Part shown: piece by piece, positions 63,009-64,000 of the stretch | Layout of the letters: each line of letters starts with the position of its first letter | Position numbering within the stretch: the stretch's first letter is position 1 | Source: Monocercomonoides exilis PA203 | Lineage: Eukaryota > Protista > Preaxostyla | DNA length: 64,000 nucleotides | Direction of reading: 5' to 3' | Assembly (NCBI GenBank): GCA_001643675.2 | Contig: LSRY02000010.1 | Coordinates: 1-64,000, forward strand | The notes under the pieces: generated by a model | The model's input: the letters and a program-made list of their open reading frames with translations, nothing else | Databases searched by the model: none | Told to the model about the DNA's origin: nothing | Translations under genes and position numbers: made by a program

Positions 63009-63806
63009 TTAATGAATAAATTTAAGTGGTAAAAGAACTATCATACGATATCCAGAACCAAAAAAATTTATGAAAATGCATTCTATAAAAGCCTCATTTA
63101 TGTTATAAATGTGTTCCTTTAAAAATTTTATAACTGCATAAACAACAGGTATAAATTCAACTGGAATTTGTTGTCGGCCTGCCAATAGACAATGCCCCAA
63201 AACATGGGGTTCACATGATCCAGTTTCCATCTTTTTTATATTCTCTAATAATGTTGAGGAAATGCCACTTTCTTGATAAAGAGCTGGAATAAATAAATTT
63301 GAGCCAGCTTCAATTTCTAGTAAATCAATTAAATTGCTTAATATGTTCACCAAAGTTGTTTTCGTGAATTCATCAGAATGCGCTTCTAAAATTTCGGAAA
63401 ACATCAATAAATAGCCTGAACGTCTTGCATCCGCAAAACTTGCCGAAGAATAGATATTACGCTCACTCAGTGCTAGTATACTTTTTGTTTTAATTCTATC
63501 GCTTCCTGTAAGAATGAACTTTAAAAGCTTAAGCGGAATTCGATGCTCCAACAATTTGTGCCAATATTTTCCATTTTGAAAAAGGATGAAAAAAAGATCC
63601 AAGCATTTGCTTAATATTTTCTCATTGGTTTTATCAAGCAACGGAACGATGTAAAATAGCAAGTCTCCCGCAAAAGCTCCGTCAAAGTCTTGAGAAGAAG
63701 AAAGGAATTTGATAAGAAGATTTAAGGCTTCAATGACAGTCTTTTCATTATCTGATCTGAATAAAAAAATATGAAATTTACAAAATAGCAAAAGCTCCAT
63801 TAGCAA
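63009..63806 (-). CDS. ARM/HEAT-repeat-like protein exon (gene probably starts beyond the window)
   Basis: 265-aa ORF with amphipathic helices (SDNEKTVIEALNLL, IVPLLDKTNEKILSKCL, ILTGSDRIKTKSILALS) and intron-like ends. Confidence 0.6.
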   Translation of the reverse strand: MLMELLLFCKFHIFLFRSDNEKTVIEALNLLIKFLSSSQDFDGAFAGDLLFYIVPLLDKTNEKILSKCLDLFFILFQNGKYWHKLLEHRIPLKLLKFILTGSDRIKTKSILALSERNIYSSASFADARRSGYLLMFSEILEAHSDEFTKTTLVNILSNLIDLLEIEAGSNLFIPALYQESGISSTLLENIKKMETGSCEPHVLGHCLLAGRQQIPVEFIPVVYAVIKFLKEHIYNINEAFIECIFINFFGSGYRMIVLLPLKFIH

Positions 63807-64000
63807 ACTGAAGATGCCTCAGATGACGATTAAAAAAAAAGCTGGTTTCTTGATGTGATGATAGCAATAACATTGTATTTGCTAAAAAATTTATAAGCAT
63901 TAATGTGTATTTTAAAGCGCATATGAAACAAATTATTAATGCAATATACATAAAGAAATATCCATTTTTAATTATTTCGTTTTTTGAAAAATTTTGTTAC

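Noticed and set aside
13541-63806. Genome-wide TAA/TAG=Gln code
   Set aside because: Long host ORFs (1367, 852, 645 aa) have no internal TAR, and conserved proteins end at TAA/TAG where expected (for example the DsbA gene).

Overview
Left end of a eukaryotic chromosome from an AT-rich, intron-containing protist. The Ser/Glu-rich low-complexity proteins, short GTTTG..AG introns and gene families resemble the oxymonad Monocercomonoides; this assignment is inference. Positions 1-2447 are a telomeric array of mixed CCTAA/CCCTAA. About 40 kb of subtelomere follows, dominated by decayed genes, long inverted repeats and a family of ~240-bp MITEs. A more ordinary region comes after it (large type-I surface protein, a convergent paralog pair, tRNA-Ser(UGA), FrnE-like DsbA oxidoreductase, large helical proteins). 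The main observation is an apparent family of DNA transposons carrying a compact USP/peptidase C19 deubiquitinase. (B) At 22663-26400 one reading frame fuses a USP domain to a DDD-type, Sola-like transposase and is broken only by four in-frame TAA codons. (A) At 13030-15478 a related USP gene sits between 544-bp inverted repeats (12058-12601 / 15629-16172). (C) At 7205-8506 a decayed paralog of A lies next to a 440-bp palindrome that shares sequence blocks with those repeats. MITEs with GGG..CCC ends, one with a 4-bp ATAT duplication, fit a Sola-type transposase. All family assignments come from manual motif reading and need HMM or structure confirmation.
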